A DNA stretch of 40,580 nucleotides from Nanobdellota archaeon (GCA_034718475.1 JAYEMU010000049.1:1-40580), one strand, 5' to 3'. Shown: positions 1 to 8,657, counted from the first letter of the stretch. The notes: generated by a model not told the origin, from the letters alone. A program made the numbers and translations.

Positions 1-99
1 ATCATATTACTTAATTAAGTAATAAGTTATATATAAATGTTTCCATCACTTCTTTAACCTATCGAGGAGAAAAATAGTAACATCAAGAAAAAGAAAAAA

Positions 100-345
100 C
101 TATGGGGTAAAATCTACAGAGTTAGGGGTTAAGATATTCTCAACCCTTTCTTTCAAATTTGCGTATCTTTCTTTTGTTGCTTTATAAGATTTTATTCCTT
201 CCTTTTTGTACTTGGCAACCAGTTTATATACCATTCTTCTACTGATCTTTTGCGTCTTAGCAATAGTAGTTGCACTTCCGCCAACTCTAAATTGAGTTAT
301 AATCCATTTTCTCTTCTTTTCGGTTAATTTTTCCATAAAAATCAC
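100..345 (-). CDS. Small helix-turn-helix protein resembling the N-terminal DNA-binding domain of a transposase. No catalytic domain follows, so it may be an IS remnant.
   Basis: 81-aa ORF. The segment 'RKWIITQFRVGGSATTIAKTQKISRRMVYKLVAKYKKEG' looks like the HTH module at IS630/IS481-type transposase N-termini. The ORF ends after about 80 aa. Confidence 0.4.
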   Translation of the reverse strand: MIFMEKLTEKKRKWIITQFRVGGSATTIAKTQKISRRMVYKLVAKYKKEGIKSYKATKERYANLKERVENILTPNSVDFTP

Positions 346-505
346 CCAAAAAGAAAATTTCTAAGAACTATTAAATGTGTGAACTAATTATCAAATTAAA
401 CATGATGAATGTAGGACATTCCCGAGGGGAAATGGAAAAGTTTTTATTTGTGCGAATGTGAGAAAGCAACTTCTGGGGAAAAGTTAAGAAAAATAAAAAG
501 GAGAA

Positions 506-865
506 TTATTTTTTTTGTTTTATTTTACAAGGACTATACTCAATTATTTCATATCCATCCTCAACAACTTTCTTTCCATTGACATAATATGAAAAATTGA
601 GGCTTGAAAATATTTCCAATTTTAATTTTGCACAATCACCTACATTAAAAGGGTCAAGGTCCTTATCATTAAAGTATCCTACATAATATTTGTTGGATTC
701 CTTGTCTCTTACAACATATGCCCTAATTTGCCCACCAATAAGTTTTTTTCCTGTTACTTCTTCAACAACAGTGCCTTCAACATTCTTCTGGCAACCGCCC
801 AAAACCAATGCTGAACCTACAAGTAAAGAAGCAATTCCAATTTTTATTCTGTTTCTCAATGTCAT
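506..865 (-). CDS. Hypothetical secreted lipoprotein
   Basis: 119-aa ORF with an N-terminal signal peptide and a lipobox-like 'LVLGGC'. I recognise no family for the mature part. Confidence 0.5.
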   Translation of the reverse strand: MTLRNRIKIGIASLLVGSALVLGGCQKNVEGTVVEEVTGKKLIGGQIRAYVVRDKESNKYYVGYFNDKDLDPFNVGDCAKLKLEIFSSLNFSYYVNGKKVVEDGYEIIEYSPCKIKQKK

Positions 866-1033
866 TAATATTACCCCTACATAAATTTAATTTCATAATT
901 CTATCTTTTTATTTAAACTTTTCTCAAAAATTTCAACCGTAGGAGGCTTTTCGCTACAAATATTATAAACACATCTCACCCAATACACTCAAACCAGAAA
1001 CGCCAGAACTCTGTAAAGATGTCATAAAAACAT

Positions 1034-1051
1034 CCAAAAGCTATATAAATA
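1034..1051 (+). promoter_or_regulatory. Archaeal BRE/TATA promoter for tRNA-Ser
   Basis: The purine-rich 'ccaaaag' is followed by 'ctatataaat'. The TATA box is centred about 33 nt upstream of the mature tRNA 5' end at 1079. Confidence 0.5.
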
Positions 1052-1078
1052 ATCAGAGAAATCTAATCATAGCAACTT

Positions 1079-1162
1079 GCCGCGGTGGCACAATCTGGTA
1101 ATGCGCAGGACTGGAAATCCTGTTTCCTTCGGGATATCCCGGTTCAAATCCGGGCCGCGGCG
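1079..1162 (+). tRNA. tRNA-Ser (anticodon GGA), class II with a long variable arm; no encoded CCA
   Basis: Hand-folded cloverleaf. Acceptor stem GCCGCGG/CCGCGGC plus discriminator G. 3-bp D-stem GCA/TGC. Anticodon stem CAGGA/TCCTG with loop CTGGAAA (GGA). 15-nt variable arm with a TCC-TTCG-GGA hairpin. T-arm CCCGG-TTCAAAT-CCGGG. It forms a local GC-rich island in AT-rich DNA. Confidence 0.9.
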
Positions 1163-1192
1163 TTCTTTAAGATGTTTTTCAAGTTAATAGAC

Positions 1193-1663
1193 CTAAATAA
1201 TTTTTTCTAATAAATTTCTATAAAAATCTATATCAACTTTTCCCAAATTAGAAATTAATTCATCAAATTCAGACACTAATATTTTAGCTTCATTAAGCAT
1301 TTTCTTGACTTCATTTTTTTTATCAATTTTCATATAATATTGGGCATCAATCCTTTTATCTTTATGCTGATTTATTATGCTAATCTTATCATCTCCAAGA
1401 AGCTTGCCAGCAATCAGAATTGAACAAAAATGATTTTCGCACTTTATTTCTATCATTTGAAGAAATGAATATAATGTATAATATTCTGCATAATAAACAA
1501 CAATAGTTGTCCATAACAAGTCACCATCTTTAAAATTCTTATCTGCCCTTTCCAAAGACAGCTTTGCTTCTTTTAGATAAGATTTTGCCAATCTTTCATT
1601 AGGGTCTATAATTTTTAAGCCGTCTTTCAGATTAAAACACCATTTAAGTTTCTGACTTTGCAT
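1193..1663 (-). CDS. HEPN-domain protein (COG1895/UPF0332-like), putative toxin partner of the upstream nucleotidyltransferase
   Basis: 156-aa all-helical ORF with a 'KRIDAQYY' (R..a.Y) HEPN-type motif. It overlaps the upstream MNT gene by 20 nt. Confidence 0.6.
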   Translation of the reverse strand: MQSQKLKWCFNLKDGLKIIDPNERLAKSYLKEAKLSLERADKNFKDGDLLWTTIVVYYAEYYTLYSFLQMIEIKCENHFCSILIAGKLLGDDKISIINQHKDKRIDAQYYMKIDKKNEVKKMLNEAKILVSEFDELISNLGKVDIDFYRNLLEKII

Positions 1664-2222
1664 AATGTCCCCACATAATATCCAAATAAAGCGAATGGTT
1701 GTTTAGGATAATATGGTTGTCTGCTATTTCCTTTATTAAATCCTCCTGTTTTTTTACTGCCTTTTTTACAGTACTTTCAGAAATTTCAATTTTATGTATC
1801 TTATAGGGCAATAAATGCAGCGGCAATTGTTTAGTTGTAGTTAGTATATCCAGGTCTGAATCTTTATCTGGTTTCATTTTTGCAAAACTGCCAAATATAA
1901 TTATTAGAAAGTTAGTTTTTAGTTCTTTAAGGAAAGTCTTGAATATAGGATATTTTTCAAGAAAGTCCATTGTTCTTTTTATTTCCGATTGGAGCAAGTA
2001 GAATTTAGTTTGAATATTGTCAAGATTCAAAGAGAAATATTTATTCTTTCCCCTAATAGTACTTTTTAGGATTTTATCTCTTTCAAGATATGCGATTAAA
2101 TTTTGTGTTGTTTTTAGTGGGATATGGGCAACCCTGCTTATTTCCCGGAGATAGAACTGTTTAGTATAATCTGCCGAATATAATTTTATTATCTCTAACC
2201 CTCTGTATCTTTTTATATACAT
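1644..2222 (-). CDS. Winged-helix plus minimal nucleotidyltransferase (MNT) protein, putative antitoxin partner of the HEPN protein
   Basis: 192-aa ORF. The N-terminal ~90 aa look like a wHTH ('REISRVAHIPLKTTQNLIAYLERDKIL'). This is followed by the MNT signature 'IIFGSFAKMKPDKDSDLDIL' (GS..x..DxD). Confidence 0.7.
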   Translation of the reverse strand: MYIKRYRGLEIIKLYSADYTKQFYLREISRVAHIPLKTTQNLIAYLERDKILKSTIRGKNKYFSLNLDNIQTKFYLLQSEIKRTMDFLEKYPIFKTFLKELKTNFLIIIFGSFAKMKPDKDSDLDILTTTKQLPLHLLPYKIHKIEISESTVKKAVKKQEDLIKEIADNHIILNNHSLYLDIMWGHYAKSET

Positions 2223-2420
2223 AAGTATACTTTATGATACAATAAGTATTTAAATATTTCTAAAATGGGTTCATTAATGTCCTGAATAGTAAATCTTAAT
2301 CAGAAGGAATAATCTGAAAATTTTTGCCCCCCCCATGAAACTTTTCTCACTTTTGGATGCAGACAAAAAACCACAATTTCATAAACTACTTAAACCAAAA
2401 ATCCTTAACCCAAAACTAAA

Positions 2421-2849
2421 ATGGAAGAAAAAGAATTTTTTAAGGAAATCTCAGACATATTTTTATATCCCGGAACATTAGAAGAATTGAATGATGGTTG
2501 TCTGCAATATAAAAGAATGCATTTAAAGGGTCCAAAGAAATTTTTAAGGGGAATAATCATTCCTTCTAGAGAAGAAACATTATAATTTCTAACAGTATAT
2601 TCTTCAGTCTATGGCAAAACATTAGAAGAAGCCAATATACAAAAAAGATTATGGAACATTTTTTATAACCACGAGGCAGTTCACAAATTTGATATTCGGA
2701 TGAAAGCTAAAAGGCTTGGCGCACACGGATTGATTCATGTTCAGTATGAGGTTAAGAATAAGATTAAATCAAACAACAAGGATTTAGAAATGGGAACTTA
2801 TATAGCTGTACCTGTCAAGATTTTTGATAATATCCATAGTCCATTTTAA
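2421..2849 (+). pseudogene. Orphan ORF interrupted by one in-frame TAA (54 codons, stop, 87 codons)
   Basis: ATG at 2421, TAA at 2583-2585. The same frame stays open from 2586 to TAA at 2847-2849. Neither half is in the ORF track because each is under 60 aa from an ATG. No recognisable family. Confidence 0.4.
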
Positions 2850-3451
2850 AATCCCAAATGCTTTTCCTTAAAATTTTGAAAAGCCTTTTCCCCGCAATAC
2901 CTTAAATCTTTCCATCTGATTCTATAAGTTTCCAAAAAAAAGTCCAAGTAAAGCTTAGGATAGTGCAGTGCAATATGCTTCTCCCATTTCAAGGCAGTCA
3001 GCCTTTCAGCATTATAAAACTCTCTAGAATTAAAAAATAGCATCAGCCTCTTAATAATTTTCCTTTCATCTTTATTCCTAAAATACTTTTGATTCTGGTA
3101 AGCAGTTATTGCTGTCTCAGGATATCCCAGCACAGCGCCCATATCATAGCTTGCCCTATAAAACCCCTTACTTTCACACCTGTATTTTAAAAAATTTTCA
3201 AAAGCATTAACAACAAGCCCCAAATAATTATTATCCCTGGCAATAAAAAGAATAGGGCTTCTTCTATATTTTTTTACTTCTGCATTCATCCCAAAATCTT
3301 CAAATATTTTATTCAACTCCAAATCCCCACTATAAGGGAACATTGAGCTTGGCTTCACCCCATCATAGCTCAGCAAAGCTTGTATGCGGCATATTAAAGA
3401 ACAGTCCAATTCCTCAGCCAAAAATCTTCTAGCTACATATTTTTTAAACAT
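2846..3451 (-). CDS. Hypothetical protein (201 aa), no family recognised
   Basis: Long ORF with normal amino-acid composition. Its stop overlaps the stop of the convergent broken ORF. Confidence 0.5.
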   Translation of the reverse strand: MFKKYVARRFLAEELDCSLICRIQALLSYDGVKPSSMFPYSGDLELNKIFEDFGMNAEVKKYRRSPILFIARDNNYLGLVVNAFENFLKYRCESKGFYRASYDMGAVLGYPETAITAYQNQKYFRNKDERKIIKRLMLFFNSREFYNAERLTALKWEKHIALHYPKLYLDFFLETYRIRWKDLRYCGEKAFQNFKEKHLGF

Positions 3452-3496
3452 AAGAATAAGAAAAGAAAGAAAAGAATAAAAGCTTTTAGCAAAATT

Positions 3497-3745
3497 TTAG
3501 CTTAATCTTTCATCAAGCTCAGTTTTATTTTCATTAACTTCTGGAGTCTTTTTCATCATTTCCTGGGCCTTTTTAGCTTCAGCTTCCAAATCAACACCCA
3601 AATCCTTCAAAGCCTTTATATGGGCCTGCATAAGCTGTTCAACTACATTCAAAAGCTTGATGAACTCTTCACGTTCTTTAGCCAATACTGATAATGAGCC
3701 TTTATGTATGCCGACTTGCTGTTCTTTACTAATTTCATCTGCCAT
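3497..3745 (-). CDS. Small charged coiled-coil protein (82 aa), hypothetical
   Basis: The ORF is rich in E/K/L/A in a heptad-like pattern. No family recognised. Confidence 0.4.
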   Translation of the reverse strand: MADEISKEQQVGIHKGSLSVLAKEREEFIKLLNVVEQLMQAHIKALKDLGVDLEAEAKKAQEMMKKTPEVNENKTELDERLS

Positions 3746-3800
3746 TTTAAATACCTCCTTGAAAAGACGAAAGTTTGCTTATATATAAAGCTTTTTATCA

Positions 3801-4055
3801 TTAATTTGTTCTCAATTCACCGAATTTAGAATGGCCAAAATGAACAAGCAAATCAACATCAAGTACTGGGATATCACAAGCGCCAAAACAAGTATCAGCC
3901 CAAATAAAAATTTCAGCAGAAGTTTCAGACTCAAGAAAATCAGCAGCCTTGGATGCTTCTGGCTTCAAGCCGTCAGGCATCTGTAAACAGACAGTTTTAG
4001 CTTTCATGCCATTAATTTTCTTAACAACCTTGCTTAATTCCAAATCATATTCCAT
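3801..4055 (-). pseudogene. dph2: N-terminal stub of diphthamide synthesis protein Dph2 (84 of about 330 aa)
   Basis: 'KAKTVCLQMPDGLKPEASKAADFLE...FGACDIPVLDVDLLVHFGHS' aligns with the first ~85 residues of archaeal Dph2 (compared from memory with the Pyrococcus protein 'RVLIQSPEGL...YGACD...LIHLGHS'). The ORF stops right after 'HFGHS', and only 55 nt separate it from the next gene. Confidence 0.65.
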
Positions 4056-4139
4056 AATACTACAATCCCTTTATCTCTTTTAAAATTAGCGGTTTTAGCT
4101 ACCCAAAACTATTTAATTGATAGTATTATCTTTAAAAAT

Positions 4140-4823
4140 ATGCCAGATATAAAAGAAAATTTAAATAAATTAGAGATTGATAATGCTCAATTAATTGCTG
4201 CTACAAAAGAGGTGCCTATAGATTTAATCAAAAAAGCCATAAGCTATGGGGTAACTGATATCGGCGAAAATTATGTCCAGGAAGCTGAAGAAAAATTTAA
4301 ACAAATTGGAAAAAAAGTAAGATGGCATTTTATTGGGCATCTGCAAAAAAATAAAGTCAGCAAAGCTGTAAAAATCTTTGATGTCATCCAATCTGTTGAT
4401 TCTTACAATTTGGCAAAAAGAATAGATGCGGCAGCAGAAAAAAATGAAAAAATAATAAAAATTATGATGCAAGTAAATATAAGTGGAGACAAATCTGGTG
4501 TTGAGCCTGAAGAAGTTATTTCTCTTTACAAAAAATTAATTAACTTAAAAAATTTAGAGGTTATTGGATTAATGTGCATTGCTGAAAAACAAAAACCGGA
4601 AATATCTTTTAAAAAAATGAGAAACCTCAACTCAAAAATGAAACTCCCATTCCTTTCCATGGGCATGTCCAATGATTATAAAATTGCAATTGAAAACGGG
4701 TCAAATATGGTAAGATTGGGCAGATTGATTTTCGGCAAAAGAGCCTCACATTTAATGGAAGATACTTTTGAAGATATTTTATCAACATTTAAAGAAACTA
4801 TCAAAAAAATCAATACCCCATAA
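4140..4823 (+). CDS. yggS: YggS/PROSC-family pyridoxal-phosphate homeostasis protein
   Basis: 'LIAATKEVP', 'IGENYVQEA', 'WHFIGHLQKNK', 'VQSVDS', 'MQVNISGDKSG', 'LSMGMSNDY' and 'VRLGRLIFG' are the family's conserved blocks. Confidence 0.85.
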   Translation: MPDIKENLNKLEIDNAQLIAATKEVPIDLIKKAISYGVTDIGENYVQEAEEKFKQIGKKVRWHFIGHLQKNKVSKAVKIFDVIQSVDSYNLAKRIDAAAEKNEKIIKIMMQVNISGDKSGVEPEEVISLYKKLINLKNLEVIGLMCIAEKQKPEISFKKMRNLNSKMKLPFLSMGMSNDYKIAIENGSNMVRLGRLIFGKRASHLMEDTFEDILSTFKETIKKINTP

Positions 4824-4862
4824 ATAAGCAGTTTTTTAAATAAAAGGGGTTTCCTTAATTTT

Positions 4863-6980
4863 ATGTGCGGCATAATTGGGATTTTTAACCAAAAGGATAA
4901 AGTCAATAAAATTATTAAGGGATTTGAAATAATTAAAGAAAGGGGTAATGGCATTTTTTGCATTTCTGATTCTAAAAAGCGATTAATAGTTAAAAATTTA
5001 AAAGATTTAAAAATTTATGAAACAAAAGAAGAAGGCATCCTTGGCAATAACCAATATTCAACTACTAATTTTATGCCTCAGCCGATTCAAGGTAAAAAAT
5101 CCATGTTAATAGCTAACTGTAGGATATATAATTGGGAAATCCTTAATGAAAAATATAAATTAGATGCAAAAAATGATTCAGACCTTCTGCTAAAAATATT
5201 AGATGAAAAAGGATTAAATGCACTTGAAGAGCTTGATGGAGTTTATGCTTTTGCTTATCTTAAAAATAAAAATCTTTATTTGGCAAGGGATATATTTGGG
5301 GTAAAACCTCTTTGGCTAAGCAAAGAGAAAGGCTTATTCTTTTGTTCTGAAAGTAAGGTTTTGACCCATTTCAAGCAAGAATATATTCAAGAATTAAATC
5401 CAAGGCAAATTTTAATTTATGGCATTGAAAAAAATGAGACTAAATACATTGAACGAAAATTCTTTTCCATCAAGCCTGCCCTAAAAAAATCCTTAAAGCA
5501 AATAAAAATGGAGCTTCAGGGATTGATAGTAAATGCCATCTCTAAAAGAATACCTAATGAAAAATTTGGCATATTGTTTTCAGGGGGTTTGGATTCAGTG
5601 GTTATAGCTTTTATTTGCAAAAAGTTAGGCGTGGACTTTACATGCTATACCTCTGTATTCTATGAAAAAGGGTTAAAAAAGCCAGAGGATCTAGAATTTG
5701 CAGAAATTATAGCAAAAGAGTTAGGCTTTGAGCTTAAAGTAAAACAACTAAATAAAAAACAGGTGGAAAAATATCTAAAAAAAGTAATTCCTTTAATTGA
5801 AGATAACACTGTTGTTAAAACAGGTGTTGCCTTGACTTTTTATGCTGCTTGTGAACTCGCCAAAAAAGATAAAATAAAAGTAATTTTTTCAGGGCTTGGA
5901 AGTGAAGAGATTTTCGCAGGATATGCAAGGCACAAAAATTCTGCTGATATCAACAAAGAATGCTTATCAGGATTAAAGAAGATATACGAACGGGATAATT
6001 ACAGGGATGATGTGATTACAATGCATAATAATCTAGAATTGAGAATCCCATTCATGGATCTTCCGCTTTGCGATTATGCTTTAAAAATTCCTGCAAAACA
6101 CAAATATGACGGCAAGCTTGGAAAAATAATTTTGCGGCAAATAGCTAAGGATATGGGATTAAAAAAAGAATATGCTGACAGGCCAAAAAAATCAGCACAG
6201 TATGGCAGCAGATTTGACAAGGCATTAAAGATGGTTGCAAAAAAAAATGGGTTTAAGCACAAATCTGAATACCTTCGCCATATATCCCCTAAAAACAATC
6301 TTCACTTAGCAGTCCTCTTCAGTTCAGGCAAGGATTCTTGTTTGGCCTTGCATGTTATGAGAAAAATGAATTATAAAATTGATTGTTTGGTTACAATAAA
6401 AAGCAAAAATCCTGACTCATTTATGTATCATACGCCGAATATTGATCTAGCAAAGCTTCAAGCAGAAGCAATGGAACTGCCAATAATAATTCAGGAAACT
6501 GAAGGGGAAAAAGAAAAAGAGCTGAATGCATTAAAGGAAGCCCTTTTAATTGCAAAACAAAAATTTCCAATAGCCGGCGTTGTAACCGGAGCATTATTTT
6601 CAACTTATCAAAAAACCAGAATCGAAAAAACTTGTGAAGAATTGGGATTAAAATGTTTTTCTCCATTATGGCATATGGACCAAAAAAAAGAGATGCAAGA
6701 ATTGCTAAAGCAAGGATTTGAATTTATTTTTAGCAGCATAGCGGCTGATGGCTTGGATAAAAGCTGGCTGGGCAGGCTAATAAAAAAAACAGATATAGAA
6801 AAATTAGTTGAATTGAATAATAAAAATGAAATAAACATAGCAGGTGAAGGCGGAGAATTTGAATCACTGGTACTAAATTGCCCTGAATTTTTTAAAAAAA
6901 TCAAGATAATAAAATCAGAGATAAAAGAAGAAAACAAAAATACAGCCAAATTCCTTGTTAAGAAAACATCTCTTTCTTAA
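4863..6980 (+). CDS. Fusion protein: class-II glutamine amidotransferase plus asparagine-synthetase (AsnB-like) domains, joined to a C-terminal Dph6/MJ0570-type diphthine-ammonia-ligase-like PP-loop domain
   Basis: 705-aa uninterrupted ORF. It has the 'MCGIIGIF' Cys2 nucleophile, 'QP...NCRIYN', 'ARDIFGVKPLW', and the AsnB PP-loop 'FSGGLDSV'. From about nt 6295 there is a second PP-loop, 'LAVLFSSGKDS', plus 'GALFSTYQKTRIE', 'FSPLWH' and 'GEGGEFESLVLNCP', typical of Dph6 N-terminal domains. Confidence 0.75.
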   Translation: MCGIIGIFNQKDKVNKIIKGFEIIKERGNGIFCISDSKKRLIVKNLKDLKIYETKEEGILGNNQYSTTNFMPQPIQGKKSMLIANCRIYNWEILNEKYKLDAKNDSDLLLKILDEKGLNALEELDGVYAFAYLKNKNLYLARDIFGVKPLWLSKEKGLFFCSESKVLTHFKQEYIQELNPRQILIYGIEKNETKYIERKFFSIKPALKKSLKQIKMELQGLIVNAISKRIPNEKFGILFSGGLDSVVIAFICKKLGVDFTCYTSVFYEKGLKKPEDLEFAEIIAKELGFELKVKQLNKKQVEKYLKKVIPLIEDNTVVKTGVALTFYAACELAKKDKIKVIFSGLGSEEIFAGYARHKNSADINKECLSGLKKIYERDNYRDDVITMHNNLELRIPFMDLPLCDYALKIPAKHKYDGKLGKIILRQIAKDMGLKKEYADRPKKSAQYGSRFDKALKMVAKKNGFKHKSEYLRHISPKNNLHLAVLFSSGKDSCLALHVMRKMNYKIDCLVTIKSKNPDSFMYHTPNIDLAKLQAEAMELPIIIQETEGEKEKELNALKEALLIAKQKFPIAGVVTGALFSTYQKTRIEKTCEELGLKCFSPLWHMDQKKEMQELLKQGFEFIFSSIAADGLDKSWLGRLIKKTDIEKLVELNNKNEINIAGEGGEFESLVLNCPEFFKKIKIIKSEIKEENKNTAKFLVKKTSLS

Positions 6981-6988
6981 AAACAGAA

Positions 6989-7657
6989 TTATTTTATAAT
7001 GGTGCCTTTAAATTTTTTTCCCTCTAAAAATCCCCTAAGGTTGTACATGCCCCTCAAAATAACAATTTTTATTCCCGAATCCTTGCAGATTTTAGCTGCC
7101 AATGAATCAAGGACAAAATGCTGGCCTGGCTTCCGGGATATTTTAGAAACAATTTTAAAAAAATCTTGATGGGAAATTTCAGGAATAAATTTTGCATCTT
7201 TATACTTAATTGGATTTTTATCAAACAATCCATCAACATTAGTTATATTTATCATAACATCTGCATCCAAATACTTGGCAATCATTGCTGTAGTCCCATC
7301 TGATGTCTGGCCTGGCCCCAAGCCCCCACAAACAACTAAATCATATTTTTTCAATAATCTTCCAACATCCTTTAAAGTGGTAGGAATTTCTTTATTGGCA
7401 TTCCCTAAAAATAAAGATAATAATTTAGCATTTAACCTTGTGACTGCTATCCCAATCAAATCTTGATTTTTCACACTAAGGCCCTTTTCTCTTAAGATTG
7501 AAATATAATCCCTGGCAGTATTGCCCCCGCCTGTACAAACAACAATTTTACAATTTTTAAAGTGCCCAATAGTTTCTTTAAATTTTTTAAGAAATTTATA
7601 ATCCACATCATCTGGAACAATAATCGATCCGCCAAGGGATATTATCACTCTTTTCAT
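6989..7657 (-). CDS. pyrH: UMP kinase, archaeal type
   Basis: 'ISLGGS', 'VVCTGGGNTARDYI', 'GGLGPGQTSDGTTA' and 'NVDGLFDKNP'. The length of 222 aa is typical. Confidence 0.85.
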   Translation of the reverse strand: MKRVIISLGGSIIVPDDVDYKFLKKFKETIGHFKNCKIVVCTGGGNTARDYISILREKGLSVKNQDLIGIAVTRLNAKLLSLFLGNANKEIPTTLKDVGRLLKKYDLVVCGGLGPGQTSDGTTAMIAKYLDADVMINITNVDGLFDKNPIKYKDAKFIPEISHQDFFKIVSKISRKPGQHFVLDSLAAKICKDSGIKIVILRGMYNLRGFLEGKKFKGTIIK

Positions 7658-7682
7658 AGATTAACTAAAGTAAAAGAATCTT

Positions 7683-8252
7683 TTAAGCTTTTTCATTCAG
7701 CTGAGTTTCCCCGTACCATTTAATAAATTCTTCAATTGCCTTTCTTCTATGGGAAAATTTATCTTTTTCTTCTTTGGTCATTTCGGAAAATGTTCTTTTA
7801 TCACCATCAGGAACAAACAATGAATCATAAGCAAAATCAATCACATCACTTATTTTTTCTGCAATTTGGCCTTTGCATTCCCCTATAAAGCAAACTGGAT
7901 TTGAGCCGGGCTTGCAAAATGCTACTGATGTCCTAAAATATGCCCCTCTTTTTTTCCCCTCTAAAATTTTTAGAACCCCTTCATGACCAACCCCATCAAA
8001 GAAAACATGGGCATTAGGTCCTGGAAAATTGTTATAATCTTCAAAATATATTCCTGTATCTTCTACAATGACCGGAGCATTCAATTGCTTAACTGCAGCC
8101 AGTGCTTTCCCAATGCTTACTTCCTTTTCAGTATCATATTTTTTCTCTACAATATTTATTTTGGATTGTTTCAGATCAATGCCAATCTTATCTAAAATTC
8201 TCTTGATCTCAAAAAACTTATCATCATTCCCTGTTACAAAATATAATGCCAT
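7683..8252 (-). CDS. Non-canonical purine NTP pyrophosphatase (HAM1/RdgB, XTP/dITPase)
   Basis: 'FVTGNDDKFFE', 'VIVEDTGIYF', 'FPGP', 'FAYDSLFVPDG..RTFSEM' and 'KDKFSHRRKA'. Confidence 0.85.
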   Translation of the reverse strand: MALYFVTGNDDKFFEIKRILDKIGIDLKQSKINIVEKKYDTEKEVSIGKALAAVKQLNAPVIVEDTGIYFEDYNNFPGPNAHVFFDGVGHEGVLKILEGKKRGAYFRTSVAFCKPGSNPVCFIGECKGQIAEKISDVIDFAYDSLFVPDGDKRTFSEMTKEEKDKFSHRRKAIEEFIKWYGETQLNEKA

Positions 8253-8311
8253 AATTTAAAAGAAAAAAATTAAATTTAAAAACTTTTCCATGAAAAATTA
8301 ATTTTCAAAGC

Positions 8312-8327
8312 AAAAGCTTTATATAAT
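8312..8327 (+). promoter_or_regulatory. BRE/TATA promoter, probably giving a leaderless mRNA for the zinc-ribbon gene
   Basis: 'aaaagctttatataat'. The TATA centre is about 26 nt upstream of ATG 8348, and no Shine-Dalgarno sequence lies between them. Confidence 0.45.
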
Positions 8328-8347
8328 CCCTCTAAAGTTGTAACATT

Positions 8348-8542
8348 ATGCCAATATACGAATATAAATGCCCTAAATGCAAAAGGGTTTACGAGCTTTT
8401 AATATATCTTAAGGAAAAAGACAATCCTCAATTTTGTACAGAATGCGGCAACCTTCTTGAAAAAATCATATCCCAATCTAATTTTAAGTTGAAAAAAGGC
8501 GGAAGTGGATGGTCTGATAATGGTTATGGCTTGCATAAATAA
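8348..8542 (+). CDS. FmdB-family zinc-ribbon protein
   Basis: 'MPIYEYKCPKC...FCTECG' is the family's characteristic N-terminus, with two CxxC pairs. Confidence 0.75.
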   Translation: MPIYEYKCPKCKRVYELLIYLKEKDNPQFCTECGNLLEKIISQSNFKLKKGGSGWSDNGYGLHK

Positions 8543-8657
8543 CCTTTAACCCAAGTTTGACAGTTTGCTGATTATTTAACACAGGATTTCTATAAATTTC
8601 GCAAAAAAAGGCATAATTTATTTAAATCTGCAATTTATTCCAAAAACTGAAGAAAAG

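Noticed and set aside
2583-2585. The in-frame TAA as programmed read-through or an alternative genetic code.
   Set aside because: TAA is the normal stop of most confidently identified genes in this window (mutS, mutL, gyrB and others). Known recoding uses TGA or TAG. A nonsense mutation is the simpler explanation.
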